A stretch of DNA of 48,515 bases, taken from positions 24,999 to 73,513 of the forward strand of contig NMRA01000652.1 of NCBI GenBank assembly GCA_002633005.1, read 5' to 3'. The notes beneath the pieces are model-generated. The model saw only the letters and a list, made by a program, of their open reading frames with translations. It was not told the DNA's origin and did not search any database. Both the position numbers and the translations under genes were made by a program. The stretch is from Phoronis australis. Taxonomy: Eukaryota > Animalia > Phoronida. Below, one piece after another: positions 22,203 to 34,903 of the stretch (position 1 is the first letter of the stretch; each line of letters starts with the position of its first letter).

Positions 22203-25200
22203 TAGTCCTGGAGAGCGTTCTGTATCACTAGTGTTTGGCTAGAAATGAAAGATCTTGCGTGATTCTGCGAAATATCACCGTTTATTTTCAATGAAAGCTC
22301 GGGATTTTGACTAGATTCTTATTAAACTCTACCCTGGCATTAGCTTGCCTGTGGTTAGCCTTAAGCTATACTCACAAAAATCAAAATTTGCAATAAAACC
22401 CCTAAACGCTTTTCTTAAAATTAGCTATCATCGATGTTCTGTGCTACCAGCCGATTCTTACATTAACTGATTGAAGACTTCCAGAAAATAGCTTGTCATC
22501 ATGTGTAGCTGATATAAGTTATTACGAAAATTGGTGCCCTTCGGAGACAGTTTTACAATAATTTAAAGCAATTTCCTTAGTGTCTCAGCAAATGGCGGAA
22601 TTGAGATTCAGAAGAATGGGAACTCGAAGAATAGAAATTTTAGATAACTTAAGATGTTAAGGCAAAAAGCGTAACTTGTTACGCTCTGCGCTTTGACTTA
22701 TCTTGAATCCTGTGCCTCACTGTTCAAAGAAAAATTAAAGCACGCACGCTAAGCAATTTTAGTGTTGTTCTTGAACCTAAGCCACACTAACACAAGAACT
22801 TCACGGCCATAGGCGGATCCAGGCAGCAGTTAGGAATCGAGGAAAGCCAAATCAAGTGGCCACGAGTGTCATCGTACTGAAACGATTCTTGCCACATTCC
22901 TGAATCATTTTGTGTTTCGCAAAGAACAGTTTTGGGACAGCTAGGACTCTGCTGAAACCATGAATTATTGAACGAGTATACGACTTCACAGTAGACTGGC
23001 AAGATGTCTACCCCTTGTTCCATTCATGTGTCAGGTTCTGCTCAAATTTCTGAGCTGGAATATTCAGATATAACCTGATCTAAGGCTACTGCAGACAAGC
23101 GTATCAACACTGAGTGCAAGAGAAGTACCATTGCTGATAATTTTTTAAGTTTTTGTGAAAAAACAGAGCTCTTGTCATGTGCGCACCCAGGGGTGGGGAG
23201 CCCGGGGGCTTGAACGAGCCTCCCCCATTTGGTAAAGTGGGTAAAAAGGTTTGCCTCAGAGAAACAAAAACTCCGAAAAAGTAGAAAACGTGACGAAAGT
23301 TCACTAAAAAGGCAGGAACTACCAAAATTTGGCGAACGCAGAATTCGTAGCTCTGAAGTACCCCGTGAATCTTAATAAATGTCCACATTCTCAAAAACTC
23401 AAGCCCTTCATTTTTAGGCTTGGTTCGTGCATACTTCTATCACAAGCAGTGTTACAGACACTTAACGGATGTAACAAAAATTGAAAGAGCTCTTGAAAAG
23501 AAAAAGACCAAGCTGATGATGGAAATAATGTTGAGCCCACTAGAAAGTTTTGGAGATTGTCACTGTCAGTTACATGTACATTTAACAGTGCTAAAAGAAA
23601 TATACAGTATATGTCTTGCCATCACAATGAACCATTTGCCACAAATCAAATTTCATCACAGGGGAATTTCACAAACAAAAGAAAAGTTGAAAACCTATAC
23701 CATTCAATTGTAAATAGACCTTTCTATTCTTAATTTGAAAAGGTGGCATTTATGGTAAATAATCTTTAGTTTAGGTCACAGAACAAAAAAATATTTAGCT
23801 TGATCAATTTTTAGTAATAGTCGTCTCAATATCAAATGTACTGGTAGTAGTATTTACCTACATGTGAGTGATCAGCGCTGCTTTTTATGAACTTCTAAGC
23901 CTACTTTGAGACCCTTTTTTGTAAAATCATGAGCAGTATTTGGAATTTGAGAAATAGAAAAATGGAAATATTGCCTGTGTTCTGTAATTCTTTTATCTTG
24001 AAAATTCAAATGTTGCGCAGATTTCAGTATCTCACATTTTGAAGATTCTTGAAAATTTTTACTCTTCAAATTATGCGGTATTTAAAACAGGAAGCGTCAA
24101 ATGAAATTTTAGCTCTACGGTAAAGAAGGCGGTTTTCAATTTCACACAAAAACTATTGCCAACATGACCATTCCTCTATTTCAAAGGCTTAAGGATGATT
24201 AAAATGTTTCTATGTTTTAAATTGTTTGAAGGGAGCTGCACAGTGCAATCAATGCTAGTAATGATGCTCATTTTTAATGCTTATTTTTGCTGAGCACTTA
24301 GACAAAATGAAATTTCAGTTGTTGGCCACACTCTAGTTCAGTTAAATAGGATTACTGGAACAAGATGTTTAGATGAAACGGTATTCAGGTTGTCAAACTT
24401 TTTTATTTTGGGTATGGTGCAGGCTTGCAGAGATACTTTTTTAACTTTGTCTTTGCCATTTAAGTTGGGCTCAAAATTTGTGCTTCCTGGTTAACCCATG
24501 GAAGACATTGAACCGTTTGTATGCAAGCTGTGCATGTATGTACAGCGAGTCATCAACAGTTAACAAAGCACGCTATCTCATATTCTGGTTGAAATCTGTG
24601 ATCTGCCTCCTCATCATGATTGTTTGCTGTTACATGCTATTAGAGCAAACTACCAGTGTGCCATTCGCAAACGAGCCTTGCAACAGCATGTCAGTGTACC
24701 ATCTCCATTTGGCAATGGGTGGCTTTGGAGTGGGGTAGTCTGAAGCTCCAGTGGATGAATCTGCCTTTAGCCCCAGTAAATGCCATGAAAAATGTTAATG
24801 GCAAGTGAAAAACAAGTGGTGTGGTTGTAGTAAAAAATGTGTTCTTGTTTGGCATGCCATGTTCTAAGTTGTGTGACTTTCCAGACTGTGTGAACACGGT
24901 GTCTCAGACAAAAAACAACTTTTGATGACAATAATGACGATATAAATGATGATGGAGTGGATGAAAAAACATAATAAGTGTATGATATGTTGTTAAAGAA
25001 CTTTAAATTTTCAACCTAATGGAAAATATTGACAACATTTAATCATGCCGGTGACTGTGGGGACTGTTGGGTGTATGGTGTTGACAGTGAACAGCAATGT
25101 AGACACTGATAATTGATTGTGACAATTAATGAAAGTGATGACAGTGAATTGGTTGCAGAAGTGTTGGAAATGTATATTGTTCATATGTAGGTTGTGATAT

Positions 25201-25638
25201 CAAATCTTCATCAAGTTCCTTCCAAATGGTTAACAATATTTGTTCTTTTGGCAGTTCAGAGTATAATAGTATGTTTTCTGACCAACAGAAGGCGCTGCTA
25301 AAATATTTCTTTTTCTCTTTTTGAGCAATTTTTCACCTAATATCATAATGTGTATCACTTTTCTTGTTCAGTGACTTCAAATGAACAAATCCCAATCAAA
25401 TAATCATTCAGTTTTTGTCTAATGTTGTTGGCTTTTGAAGATGGGTTTCCTGTGCCAAATTATGCAAAAAGTCAGATTTTTTTCGGTCAAATTTCTCGAA
25501 AACGTTCAAGTCAAACCTTGGGACCTCATTGGATTCTTAAAGTATAATACTTAATTACCTTAGAAACACCAAAATTATCTTTCCCCAAAAAGTGGCCACG
25601 GAAGTGTTTTTCTAGACTTCCTTGAGTCGAATGGACTA
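22203..25638 (+). mobile_element. Degenerate Academ DNA transposon
   Basis: TAGTCC at 22203 and GGACTA at 25633-25638. YHKQCYRHLT...IERA at ~23435. VNKARY, LPPHHDCLLLHAIRANYQCAI, PSPFGNGW and a Cys-rich tail at 24480-24900. No matching TSD, so the left end is uncertain. Confidence 0.7.
23176..23433. mobile_element. MITE nested in the Academ remnant
   Basis: CTTGT|CATGTGCGCACCCAGG...CTTGGTTCGTGCATA|CTTCT (TSD 4/5 match). Confidence 0.5.
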
Positions 25639-26423
25639 TGGCCTACCCCTGACGGCTTACCAATTCAGCCACAATTGGTTTCACATTGGCTGTCAATGGC
25701 TGAAAACAACCTCCCCAGCCGACACCGGCGTAGACACTTGTGACATTGCATCTTAGTGTAGCTGGTTTGAAAAAAAAATCAAAAACGCACCACGTTTGCC
25801 GACAACAAATGTATTTTTGAAAAAGCAAACGTTTAAAAATACCCCCCCCCCCCATCATAGCATTCATTGAAAATGAATCCACCATCCGGTCTGAGTTCCG
25901 TAGACGTAAGAATGTCACGGGAGTTATTACGACGTGAACTTAGTAGATAGCTTTCAAAATAAAAAATGTTTTGGTTTCTCATGATGGTGGAATTAACTTG
26001 TTAAAATCATGAAATGTGGGATTTCGTTGCTTAATTTCTACGTATATAGGGCATCGTTCCAGTAGACTGCCTGCATGGTGATTATTTGAACCAAAAAGAG
26101 CATTTTGGCCCATCATTTCGAAATGAGGAAAGTCTATGTCGTGTGTATGTGTTAATGTGTTGGGAGAAACGACCTTTGAAAGAGAGACCACGGAAATTGA
26201 AGATTACCATTATTTTTCGCGTCGTTCATTTTGTTACAACCCAAATAAACGCGTAGCAAATTTAGATTTGCAGCCATGCGCAAATTTGGTTTCTATAAAA
26301 CTTCTACCCTTGTGCAAATCTTGGTGATGTGAACGGGGGTTAAGAAATTGGAAATATAAGATATACATGTATGATGTACATATGTTATGGTTGTTTGCCC
26401 TAAGGTGAGAGCTAATGGTTTAA

Positions 26424-26821
26424 AGATGTATTTGCACACTCCTAACTAGGCTCATATATAGCAGGAACTAAGCGACAATGCTATTTGAACGTCATCTACG
26501 CTAAACAAAGTGCATTTGTATTCACTGACAACTTGTAAATGTGAAAACAAAAAATCTGCAGAAAGGTGACCTTTGCACTAATGACGTACCGTGGAGGCTC
26601 ACATAGCCAGCATCATGCAGTGTTATTCCCTAACACTACGTCACGATACTTACTGGGCGCGGTTGAGTGATTTACGGCGGATCATTTTCGAAACAAAACT
26701 TGTTCTTAAAAACATTTGGCAATTTTCAACGTACTTGATATTCACGTCGTCGCTATATGTTGTTTCTAACTAATTTGACCAAGCAGTCACAGAGATAAGG
26801 AATTAGCGTGCAAGTTTCACT
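26424..26821 (+). mobile_element. Kolobok-like TTAA MITE, copy 1
   Basis: TTAA|AGATGTATTTGCAC...GTGCAAGTTTCACT|TTCA. Highly similar to the reverse complement of 35586-35978. Confidence 0.8.
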
Positions 26822-27458
26822 TTCAGAACAAACCCAAGTTCAAAAATGAAAGTTACTAACAAAATGAATGGTGTCACACTGAATAAAGGAAACGCGAAAG
26901 AAAGTAAATCATCGGGTTCATTCTTACGAAATACTTATGAATAGGTATCGGGATTGTATTAAATAATACCTTTCATTCCATTACAACAAGGCGCAACGTA
27001 CGTATTGGTCACTTATATAGCGACTGCATCAGAACAGACAAAAGTGGGAACATGACAGATCATAGATTTTTTGACATGTAGCTTATTTGAATACCTAAGT
27101 GAAATGCTTCTGGTTTGAAGAACTAGCATCTTTTGTAAAATTGGCCCTTTTCGTTTTTGGGATAAATTTTGGTCGATGATAACGACAATTTTAGAAAAAT
27201 TTAGACAGCTGCCGCAAAAACCGATAGCAAAAAAAATTTCTTAACGTTTCTAGCACGAATCTTTCTACCCTGGGTTATTCAGAAGTGTTTTGGACCTTGG
27301 CTCTAGTGGGGTTATTGCACTGAGACTACAGGCTACATTCAAGTGCATGTGCACGGAGTGGGCAACATTCCGTGGATCGTAACCTGTGCACTCCGTGGCC
27401 ACCCACTCAACAAAACCACCATCACCTACTATTCGGTGGACGGGAGATGATGCGAACT

Positions 27459-27833
27459 AACCGTAATTTTCAAGGTAAAATAGCTAGAAAAGATTATTTG
27501 TCAGTAAACGACGTTAAATTAGGTAGATCGTATGAATGTCAACCTTGTCTTGGATAAAAAATAGCTTGATTTTAACATTTGAAAGCTTTTCTTGCGAAAA
27601 TACACATTGTCACCTGGTATTGGATTTATTATTGTGTCGTACCCTTTGGCGTTAATCGTAATTTTCAAAGTAAAACAACTAAAATCGATAAACGAAGTTG
27701 AAATATATGGATCGCTTGGACGTTAAACTTGTGCTGGATACAAAGCCATCTTAAGCGTGAATTCAACTTTTGGAAGCTTTTCTTGCGAAAACGCGCGGTG
27801 ACGTCAGGTGTTGGATATTATTGTGTCGTCCTC
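27459..27833. repeat. Diverged ~190-bp tandem duplication
   Basis: cgtaattttcaa.gtaaaa...aagcttttcttgcgaaaa...ttattgtgtcgt occurs twice. Confidence 0.75.
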
Positions 27834-27865
27834 ATGCGTTGTATTTCTCTGAAGAATGTGACTTG

Positions 27866-28266
27866 GGCCCGGTCTCTAATCTTTGTACTCGAAACGAACT
27901 CGAAACTATTTTTGGCAATTTCTCTGCTCCATTTGTGCGAACTTAAGATAATTGGTTATCACACTGTGCTCGAATACATTATAGTTTATGCATAGGAGTT
28001 TCTAGTTCAAGTTTGCCCTTGAAGACACTTATATTCATGCTACAAACCCGAGTAAAAACTCGAAATTTCGAGTTCAAACTCGAACTTATTGGTTTAATAT
28101 TGGGTTTGCAAACTGTGAACTAAGGGCAATAAATTATCTACGTAAGTTATTGTGTACTCGAGCATAGAATAATAGACACTTATCTTGAGTTCGCCCAAAA
28201 GTAGAGTAGAAAATGCCAAACCTAATTTCGAGTTCCATTTCGAGTAAAAAGATTGGAGACCGGGCC
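27866..28266. mobile_element. Harbinger/Tourist-like MITE
   Basis: TTG|GGCCCGGTCTCTAATCTTT...AAAGATTGGAGACCGGGCC|TTG, with internal CTCGAA/TTCGAG motifs. Confidence 0.88.
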
Positions 28267-29807
28267 TTGGTCAGACGTCTTGAAACTGACGATAAGCAAA
28301 TCCTACATGTTCATGTACGTCACTTATCAAGAACCCCACAACACACTGTTGGCAGCTTTGTAACTTTAAAGTTTTGCAAGTTATCTCCTTCTGGCATTAT
28401 GAAAAACTGCGTCAACTGCCTAGTTCACGAGAATTTGGATTTTGGAAGAAATAAGGCTGGGTCCAAGGAAATGAAAGAGGGTTCAAAATTTTAAAAGCTA
28501 TTGATGTCTAGACATCTATTTTGTTCTATTGGATGCCAGAATTGTAGTGAGGCCTCTAAGTTAAGCTACATGTGATTATGCGCTCAATCAGTGGAAGCGG
28601 TCTACAAAAACAAATTTAAATACAAGTACTACAAATACTCGGTGATTCACGTTAACTTTGGTCTGAGGCGAATTACGATGTATTTTAAAGACTTATTAAA
28701 CCTGGACCACGGCTAAGCTTCTGAGCAAGAGTAGCGACAAAATTGTGCGTTTTTGTTTTTATAAAGAGACTCTTGGTGCAACTAGATTTTACATAAGACT
28801 TTGCTAAATGTCCCCAGGTATTACAAGCGAAGCCCATTATCACACTAGCTTCCTTCGCGAGCCTTTTCTTGCCTCAACTCATTTTCACGAAAGACTACGC
28901 TCTAGTCGGTTGGCTTACGTAGTGAACGGCCTCAACTGAATCCTAAACCAGCTTTACCATCAGAGAGAAAAATCTGCGACCACGGTTGCATGACACAATC
29001 TGATAAGGAACTCCACAAATTTCCTTAGTTAGTCTTTTTCGCATGTGATTTTTCTGAGCCTTTATTTCAATGAAAGTAGATAGGGACTCAAACCGTAAAT
29101 TGTATAAGTGCGTTGCATAAAGTGTCCCTTCTCTATTCTCAATGACACGAAATAATGCTTTGTAACACTTGACAACTATCAAGAGTTTGAAGGAAAATTT
29201 GCGTGACCACCGCTTTTAGCAAATTACACAGCAACTGTGCGAAAAGACCACCCACCAAGCACCATAATGTCCAATTTGCGAAATGGGGGTATGAGTTTTT
29301 AATTGATTCCTGCTTTTATCTTTCAAGATTGACGTCAGGTGGCAGAACGAGGTTTGGTTGAAATCATCAAAAACACTGTTTAGTATTCTTTTATGAGCTG
29401 TACTTGACATTTTGCTGCACTTTGATTTTGAAATGTGTTAACTCTTTTATTGCTTTGCAATAATTAGAAATTGAATTTTGGTGTGGTAACTAGACAAGAG
29501 TTCAGTGGCTGAGCCTATAATATGATAAAGAGGGAATGGGTCAGGATATCATTCATCCCCAATATGAGGGTAGAGCTGAGTCGTTGAAGAAATAGTAATA
29601 TGACATCTCCTAGGGCCCGTCTGTGGGATGGTTGAGGCCACCTATTGACTACTAACTGACTTGCTCGCCTGAAATTAACACAAATGACAAGACTGATATA
29701 ACAAAAAATACTATTATAAAGTAGCCGTGAGGTTCTACAATTATGGTTTTGTTCCTGTACCTAGTATATACTGTTTAAAAATTATGGTTTATAGTGAACA
29801 CAAATGA

Positions 29808-29950
29808 CCAGTTAAGCTCGCTTAAAATACTCTGCCATTTATCAAGTGGTTATAGTTACGCCAGCAGTGCGCTTTGTTGTGACCGCGGGACTCAGGTTCG
29901 AATATGCACTGAGGCTGATCTCGGCAAAAATTAACTTTCTGACCAATACT
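29808..29950 (+). repeat. tRNA-like dispersed repeat with B-box
   Basis: Contains GGTTCGAAT; similar to 18445-18590 (-). Confidence 0.6.
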
Positions 29951-30200
29951 GCCACTTTAATTTATCATATGCAATCACTCATACCAGAACGTTATCCAGT
30001 ATCCGCGGCCGTTGGCTATTTCGTTAAGTAAGTACGAAATCGTACCTGTATAGAACAACGAACGCGTGAGTAGGCCTACAAAGAAAGTCGTGTGCTCTTT
30101 AATGACTATAGTTATAAACGCGACATTCAATATTTTAAACATCAAAAATGTTTTACAAGGACGATTGGCGAAAATGTATTTTTTATTTTAGTTCGACAGG

Positions 30201-30248
30201 TGACGTCATGTGACTGTGGCGATTTTTAAATGACAATCTGTGACGTCG
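30201..30248. promoter_or_regulatory. CRE/ATF sites upstream of the orphan ORF
   Basis: Perfect TGACGTCA at 30201-30208 and TGACGTCG at 30241-30248; another TGACGTCA at 29330-29337. Confidence 0.5.
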
Positions 30249-30291
30249 TTTGTGGCTGGCAAACTTCGTGTTTAAAGTCACTCTAGCGAAC

Positions 30292-30765
30292 ATGCCAAAA
30301 CAAGATATCAGTGTGAAACCAAAAGTGAATTTGCAAGAAACCCTCGAGAGATTGTCGAGAGACCATAACATCTATACCAAGCCAGAAACTCTAATCAGAC
30401 TCGAGAACGTGTTCGCCAACGTTGTCAAGCCTTTACTGAAGGACATTCGACAGAATAAATGCTCTGCATCCGCAGAGCCTCGTTTGCTTGAGCTTATAGA
30501 AGAGATTGCAAATATATTCCCAGATCTTCTTCAGCAACTCGTAGTGAATAAAGTGTTTGAGATCGACCCAAGGCGAGGGATGAAAATACAAAAAATAAAA
30601 GAAGCCAATGGTGACGTATTTGAGAAATGCCTGAAAATCTTGAAGCATACCTCGGATAGAGAGGGCGTGCCGCAAGACGACCCGGTCATAAAGCTTATCA
30701 ATTTTAAGAACAATGACGACGCTCAGCACGATTGCGACCTTCACGCGAATAAGCTTTCAAGTTAA
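30292..30765 (+). CDS. Intronless hypothetical protein, 157 aa, likely helical
   Basis: AACATG start context, uninterrupted 474-bp ORF with soluble-protein composition (K/E/L/I rich), AATAAA at 30961, no TE motif recognised. Confidence 0.6.
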   Translation: MPKQDISVKPKVNLQETLERLSRDHNIYTKPETLIRLENVFANVVKPLLKDIRQNKCSASAEPRLLELIEEIANIFPDLLQQLVVNKVFEIDPRRGMKIQKIKEANGDVFEKCLKILKHTSDREGVPQDDPVIKLINFKNNDDAQHDCDLHANKLSS

Positions 30766-31144
30766 GTAACACGAGGAACACCTCGAATGGTTGCGTGACT
30801 GTCAGACGAAAGTATAAATTTTCGTGGTTGCTTTAGCGTTTTGTTTCTAGTATCTGATGATGTTTAAAGAGATTGAATTGTTTGTATTCCATGCTTTGTT
30901 GAGTGAAACGAAGGTGATATCCAAGCAGATGTAATTGTTGAAAGCGAAATGGGTTTCATCAATAAACCGACGATTATCTGAAATTCTGGTCGATCAATGT
31001 TCCACACAAGGGATTATTTGTATACGAGTGGAGAAATTCCCTCGCTCACTTATTCACTTTAAAATTCATACTATATATGCGCTTGTTTAGACCCATTCGC
31101 CGAAATCATGCGTGTTTCGAAAAAACTTTTTGTTCCAATGTTCT

Positions 31145-31350
31145 GCACGTAGCCGCGTTTATCGTTGGTCAAATGGGTGAACGTTACGCATCTAAAATAC
31201 ATGCGTAATTAATTCTTGTTACATACGTAAAGTAATTGTTTGCGGAGTAAAGTAATTTACACCTCTTACAATAATTAGCTGACGCACGTAATTTACGTGC
31301 CTAACGTTCACCCATTTACTGGCCAACGATACGCGTTTGCCTGCACGCGT
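31145..31350. repeat. Foldback/MITE-like inverted repeat
   Basis: ATCGTTGGTCAAATGGGTGAACGTTA pairs with TAACGTTCACCCATTTACTGGCCAACGAT. Confidence 0.7.
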
Positions 31351-32995
31351 CACTTATACATCTAGGCACGTGAGACTTCCCCGTCGGTGCGCATGTCTGG
31401 GTCTATTCCTGGTAAGGCCAAACACGCATGTTTGGTTCTGAGGTGCAGTAATTGTTTTAGTTGCGCACTTATTGAAAAAGGATAATCCGTATGATACAAG
31501 CAAAAATGAAACAGGATTTCTTTTTCTCATTGATTGGCAAATCTCGGCTTTTCAAACCTTCCTTACCCTTGCTTACACGCCTTTGTCATAGTGCAGCTTT
31601 TTTAAAACAGGAGACCTCAGCTGAAATTTACGCAGGTCTCACGGTGAGTCGAGGTAAAGACCAGAACCATTTTAAACCTAATTATTATTTATTTTTAGTG
31701 TTACATTGAATAGGCCTACAGGTCAACGAGTACCATTTTAGTGGTTATGAAGTCTTCACTCAGTCACATAATATTTCACCAAACCTTCTTCACGACTTCC
31801 GTTTAACTTAAAACGCTGGCATAATCCTACATACTTTGTCTACCGTGTAGACGCATACGCCTAAATCCGGGCAGGAGCCGCTTCTGTCGCATGACGTATA
31901 TATATACGTGCAAATATAATTTCTATACCAGCGTTTCCGAACTGAGGAAAATGTGGTCTTGTTTTAATGGCTGAGTTTAATTCATTTTTCGAGTTTTGGC
32001 AGCTAAAAACTGAGGAAATGCAGTTTTAAGTAAACGGGTCTTGTTCATGAAAGAGTAACTTGTTTACCTTTAGACTTCACTGTTAATTAATTTTGCTGTT
32101 ATTAATTAAGTCCTTGCATTTTGAAATTGCTCGAATGACTTGTGCATGTAGTAACCACATGGTCACACAGGCGGCGCACCATAGGGGGCTAGGGGGGGGG
32201 CTATAGCCCCACCTTATTTCAGTACTGCGCCGCCCATGAACCAGGGGGCTTACTTTTTTACCTCGTTACTCATTTGATGCAAACACTACATAACAACAAT
32301 TATTATCCTTGGAGAGAGCTGGCAGACTCGAACGAAAGTTCAGTGTTGACGTATTCTCGCATGAAAACAAAAATTATGCGCGAGAGGCGGTCAAACTTCT
32401 TTCCCGGTATTCGATTTCCCTTGACACTGGCGGCAGGTCACGACCGTTTATGCTACGATATTACTGTAAACGCTTAAATGGGCTTTAAAGTGTACTATTA
32501 AAATACGACAATACCCGCCTTCCATTACAGAAGTCAATATTTGATTAAGACCACTAACTTTTAAGAAGTTGGTTTCAAATTGTTCCAGAGTCATTTTATG
32601 TTCTGAGCATGGTCTCAAGGAATAACCAACTCTCTTTTGTAACCCCAGAAATCACTTCTCATTTGAGTAAGGAACAAGTCGAGGCCAAAGTTATAGTGGT
32701 TTGTGGTCAAAATAAAAAATCAATATCTTCAGCGGAAAGCGGGTTCACAGCAGTTTTAAGATAATTATAATAGTAATTTTAGTTCAACACATCTCTTTGG
32801 ATTTCAACTTCGTGTATATTTATCGGAAATTCAATTGACGGTGACAAGCAACTTTAAATGCCTAACTTACATGAAACAATAACGACACCTCAGATGAATA
32901 CAGCACGTGACCAAATCAAACTTTTGTTTCAATGTGCGGTTTTACTAGCCCCCTTGAGTATCCAAATAGCGCCAATTACGTCCCAACTGGGAATA

Positions 32996-33206
32996 CCATA
33001 AACTCGCGGGTTAACGCCCTGGGCGTTTAAATTGGGAAACCCAGAGACAGGCGGCGTTTACCCAAGCAGTGGGCGCTTAAACCGAAAAATTAGCACAAAG
33101 TAGGGGATGGGCGATTACCCAAGCAGTGGGCGGTTAAACCAAAAATTGAGCAAAAGTCGAGGATGGGCGATTACACGGGCATGGCCGTTAATCCGCGAGT
33201 TTACGG
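32996..33206. mobile_element. Tc1/mariner(pogo)-like MITE with TA TSD
   Basis: TA|CCATAAACTCGCGGGTTAACG...CGTTAATCCGCGAGTTTACGG|TA, with an internal ~57-bp tandem repeat. Confidence 0.85.
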
Positions 33207-33399
33207 TAGATAGACAAACGTATCACAGAAGGACTTAATTGTTCCTCACCACAGCAGGCTTCCATTTTATGTTGATTTTTTGTAAAGATTAACAAGATGA
33301 ATATTTATCTTAGCAACAATTTATTTCAAAACATGTCTCAAATGACCACTCAGATACAATTTCAAACATTTCAAGAGAGAACATTTTGCTTTCAGTGAA

Positions 33400-33810
33400 A
33401 AATGAAGTATCATGAGACCCAGTTCCATCATTCCTCACCGTGTGTGACCTTGAAAATCACCACAAGGTCTCACCAATTTCCGACTGCTGAAAAATTGCTG
33501 GAGTCTGAAGATGGCCTGCCTGCTATGTGCAAACTACCTACAGGACCCATTCCTTTTATAACTGTCAGCATGAATATAATGTCCAAGTCATCAAATTCGC
33601 CCATTCACTTAAGCGTGGCAAACCCACACCTTGATGAAATGCACAAACAAAATCTAGAGCTTCCTTGTTGAGACATGGTGCCAACATGTTAATCCTGAAT
33701 TTCTCACTTGTGACCTTGAAAATGAAGCCAAGGTCACCAAAAATCGCCTGGATATGGCATATGTACCAGCTATATGTTAGTGCAAAATATGAACAAACTT
33801 CAAATTTTCC
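33400..33810. repeat. Helentron/HINE-like repeat remnant
   Basis: Repeated GTGACCTTGAAAAT...CAAGGTC palindromic motifs at ~33444 and ~33709. Confidence 0.5.
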
Positions 33811-34783
33811 TTTGCAATAATCACATTTGCCAGCACCTGATTTTGAGAACCTGGCAATCACTTCTTTAGCAAACAATACGACTGACAGGTGAAATTCTAT
33901 TTTGTCAAATTTCTCCATACAAATAAAGAACAAGAAAGGGTTTAGTCTAGTACCAGCATAATTTGCACTGTGACAAAACAACCTTTGATAAATTTTCCAT
34001 TATTTGCAGTAAGGAAATCAGTCTTTGAAAAATGGGAAAAATGACAATTTTGACATTTATTTTTGTGCAAAATAAGTGGAAAATTGCCATAATCCGAAAT
34101 TAACATTTACACTAGGGACTGCACAGAGTTCATTGCAGCAAACTGGATTCACTCAAGTGTGAAGTTGGCAATTTTGCTCTCAACCAATTAACTGTGTATG
34201 GAGCTTTATGGTGATGCTTCAACAACCCACAATCAACTCAGTTTATAAGCTGCCACCAATCACTTAAGCTCTGACTGAAAGAAGCTGTCATTCTTAAAAG
34301 TGGGCGGAGCTTTCCCATGTTGTCATTTTTTTTTTTGATGTGCACAACCTGGTTCAGTGCCCTTCCTATACCTTGTTTAATTACAATATTAAACCACTTT
34401 GAATTCTTTAATCCAAAGATAGGAGTACTTTAAATTCATTTCGTTAATATTAACATTATCACACAGAGCTAATTAGGTCAAGCCAAGCTTGTAAACTTCA
34501 GAGCAGAGTAAAGGCCGTGAATCTTTTCTTTTAAGCAATCGATTAACTAAATTTTGTCCACTTTGATATGTGTACAAACGGAGGGTTTCATCCCAAAACA
34601 TGAATCAAAATAATGGCAGCACTGTATGCGACTTTAACCATTTTTTAACTAACTACTGAGTTGAATTGAGCCTTGGTATTCATTACAATAAAGCAGAAAG
34701 GGTAGTTTTTGCGTAAAAAACGAGTTCGTGTGATCAGGGCCTTCTTCTTGTTTAATAATCCAAAACCATTCAAAACCGTAGTT

Positions 34784-34903
34784 TCAAGAGATGCCGAAGT
34801 GAAAGTTAATGGCCTCTATGAGTTCCGTTTTCTTTCTTCCTTTCCCCTTGATCCCGAGGGCTTTCATAGCTTTTGTGAGGGCATCAACCGTCAGTTTGGA
34901 CAG
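34784..34903 (-). CDS. XRCC6: Ku70 terminal exon (SAP domain)
   Basis: [39 protein letters not shown] after a polypyrimidine tract and CAG acceptor. Confidence 0.92.
   Translation of the reverse strand: MSKLTVDALTKAMKALGIKGKGRKKTELIEAINFHFGIS

Noticed and set aside
27010-27329. Second Academ-like terminus (...GAGACTA)
   Set aside because: No partner end, TSD or coding remnant found.
30433-30744. 103-aa minus-strand ORF
   Set aside because: Antisense shadow of the 157-aa ORF; its hydrophobic composition is expected from the complement of a K/E-rich frame.
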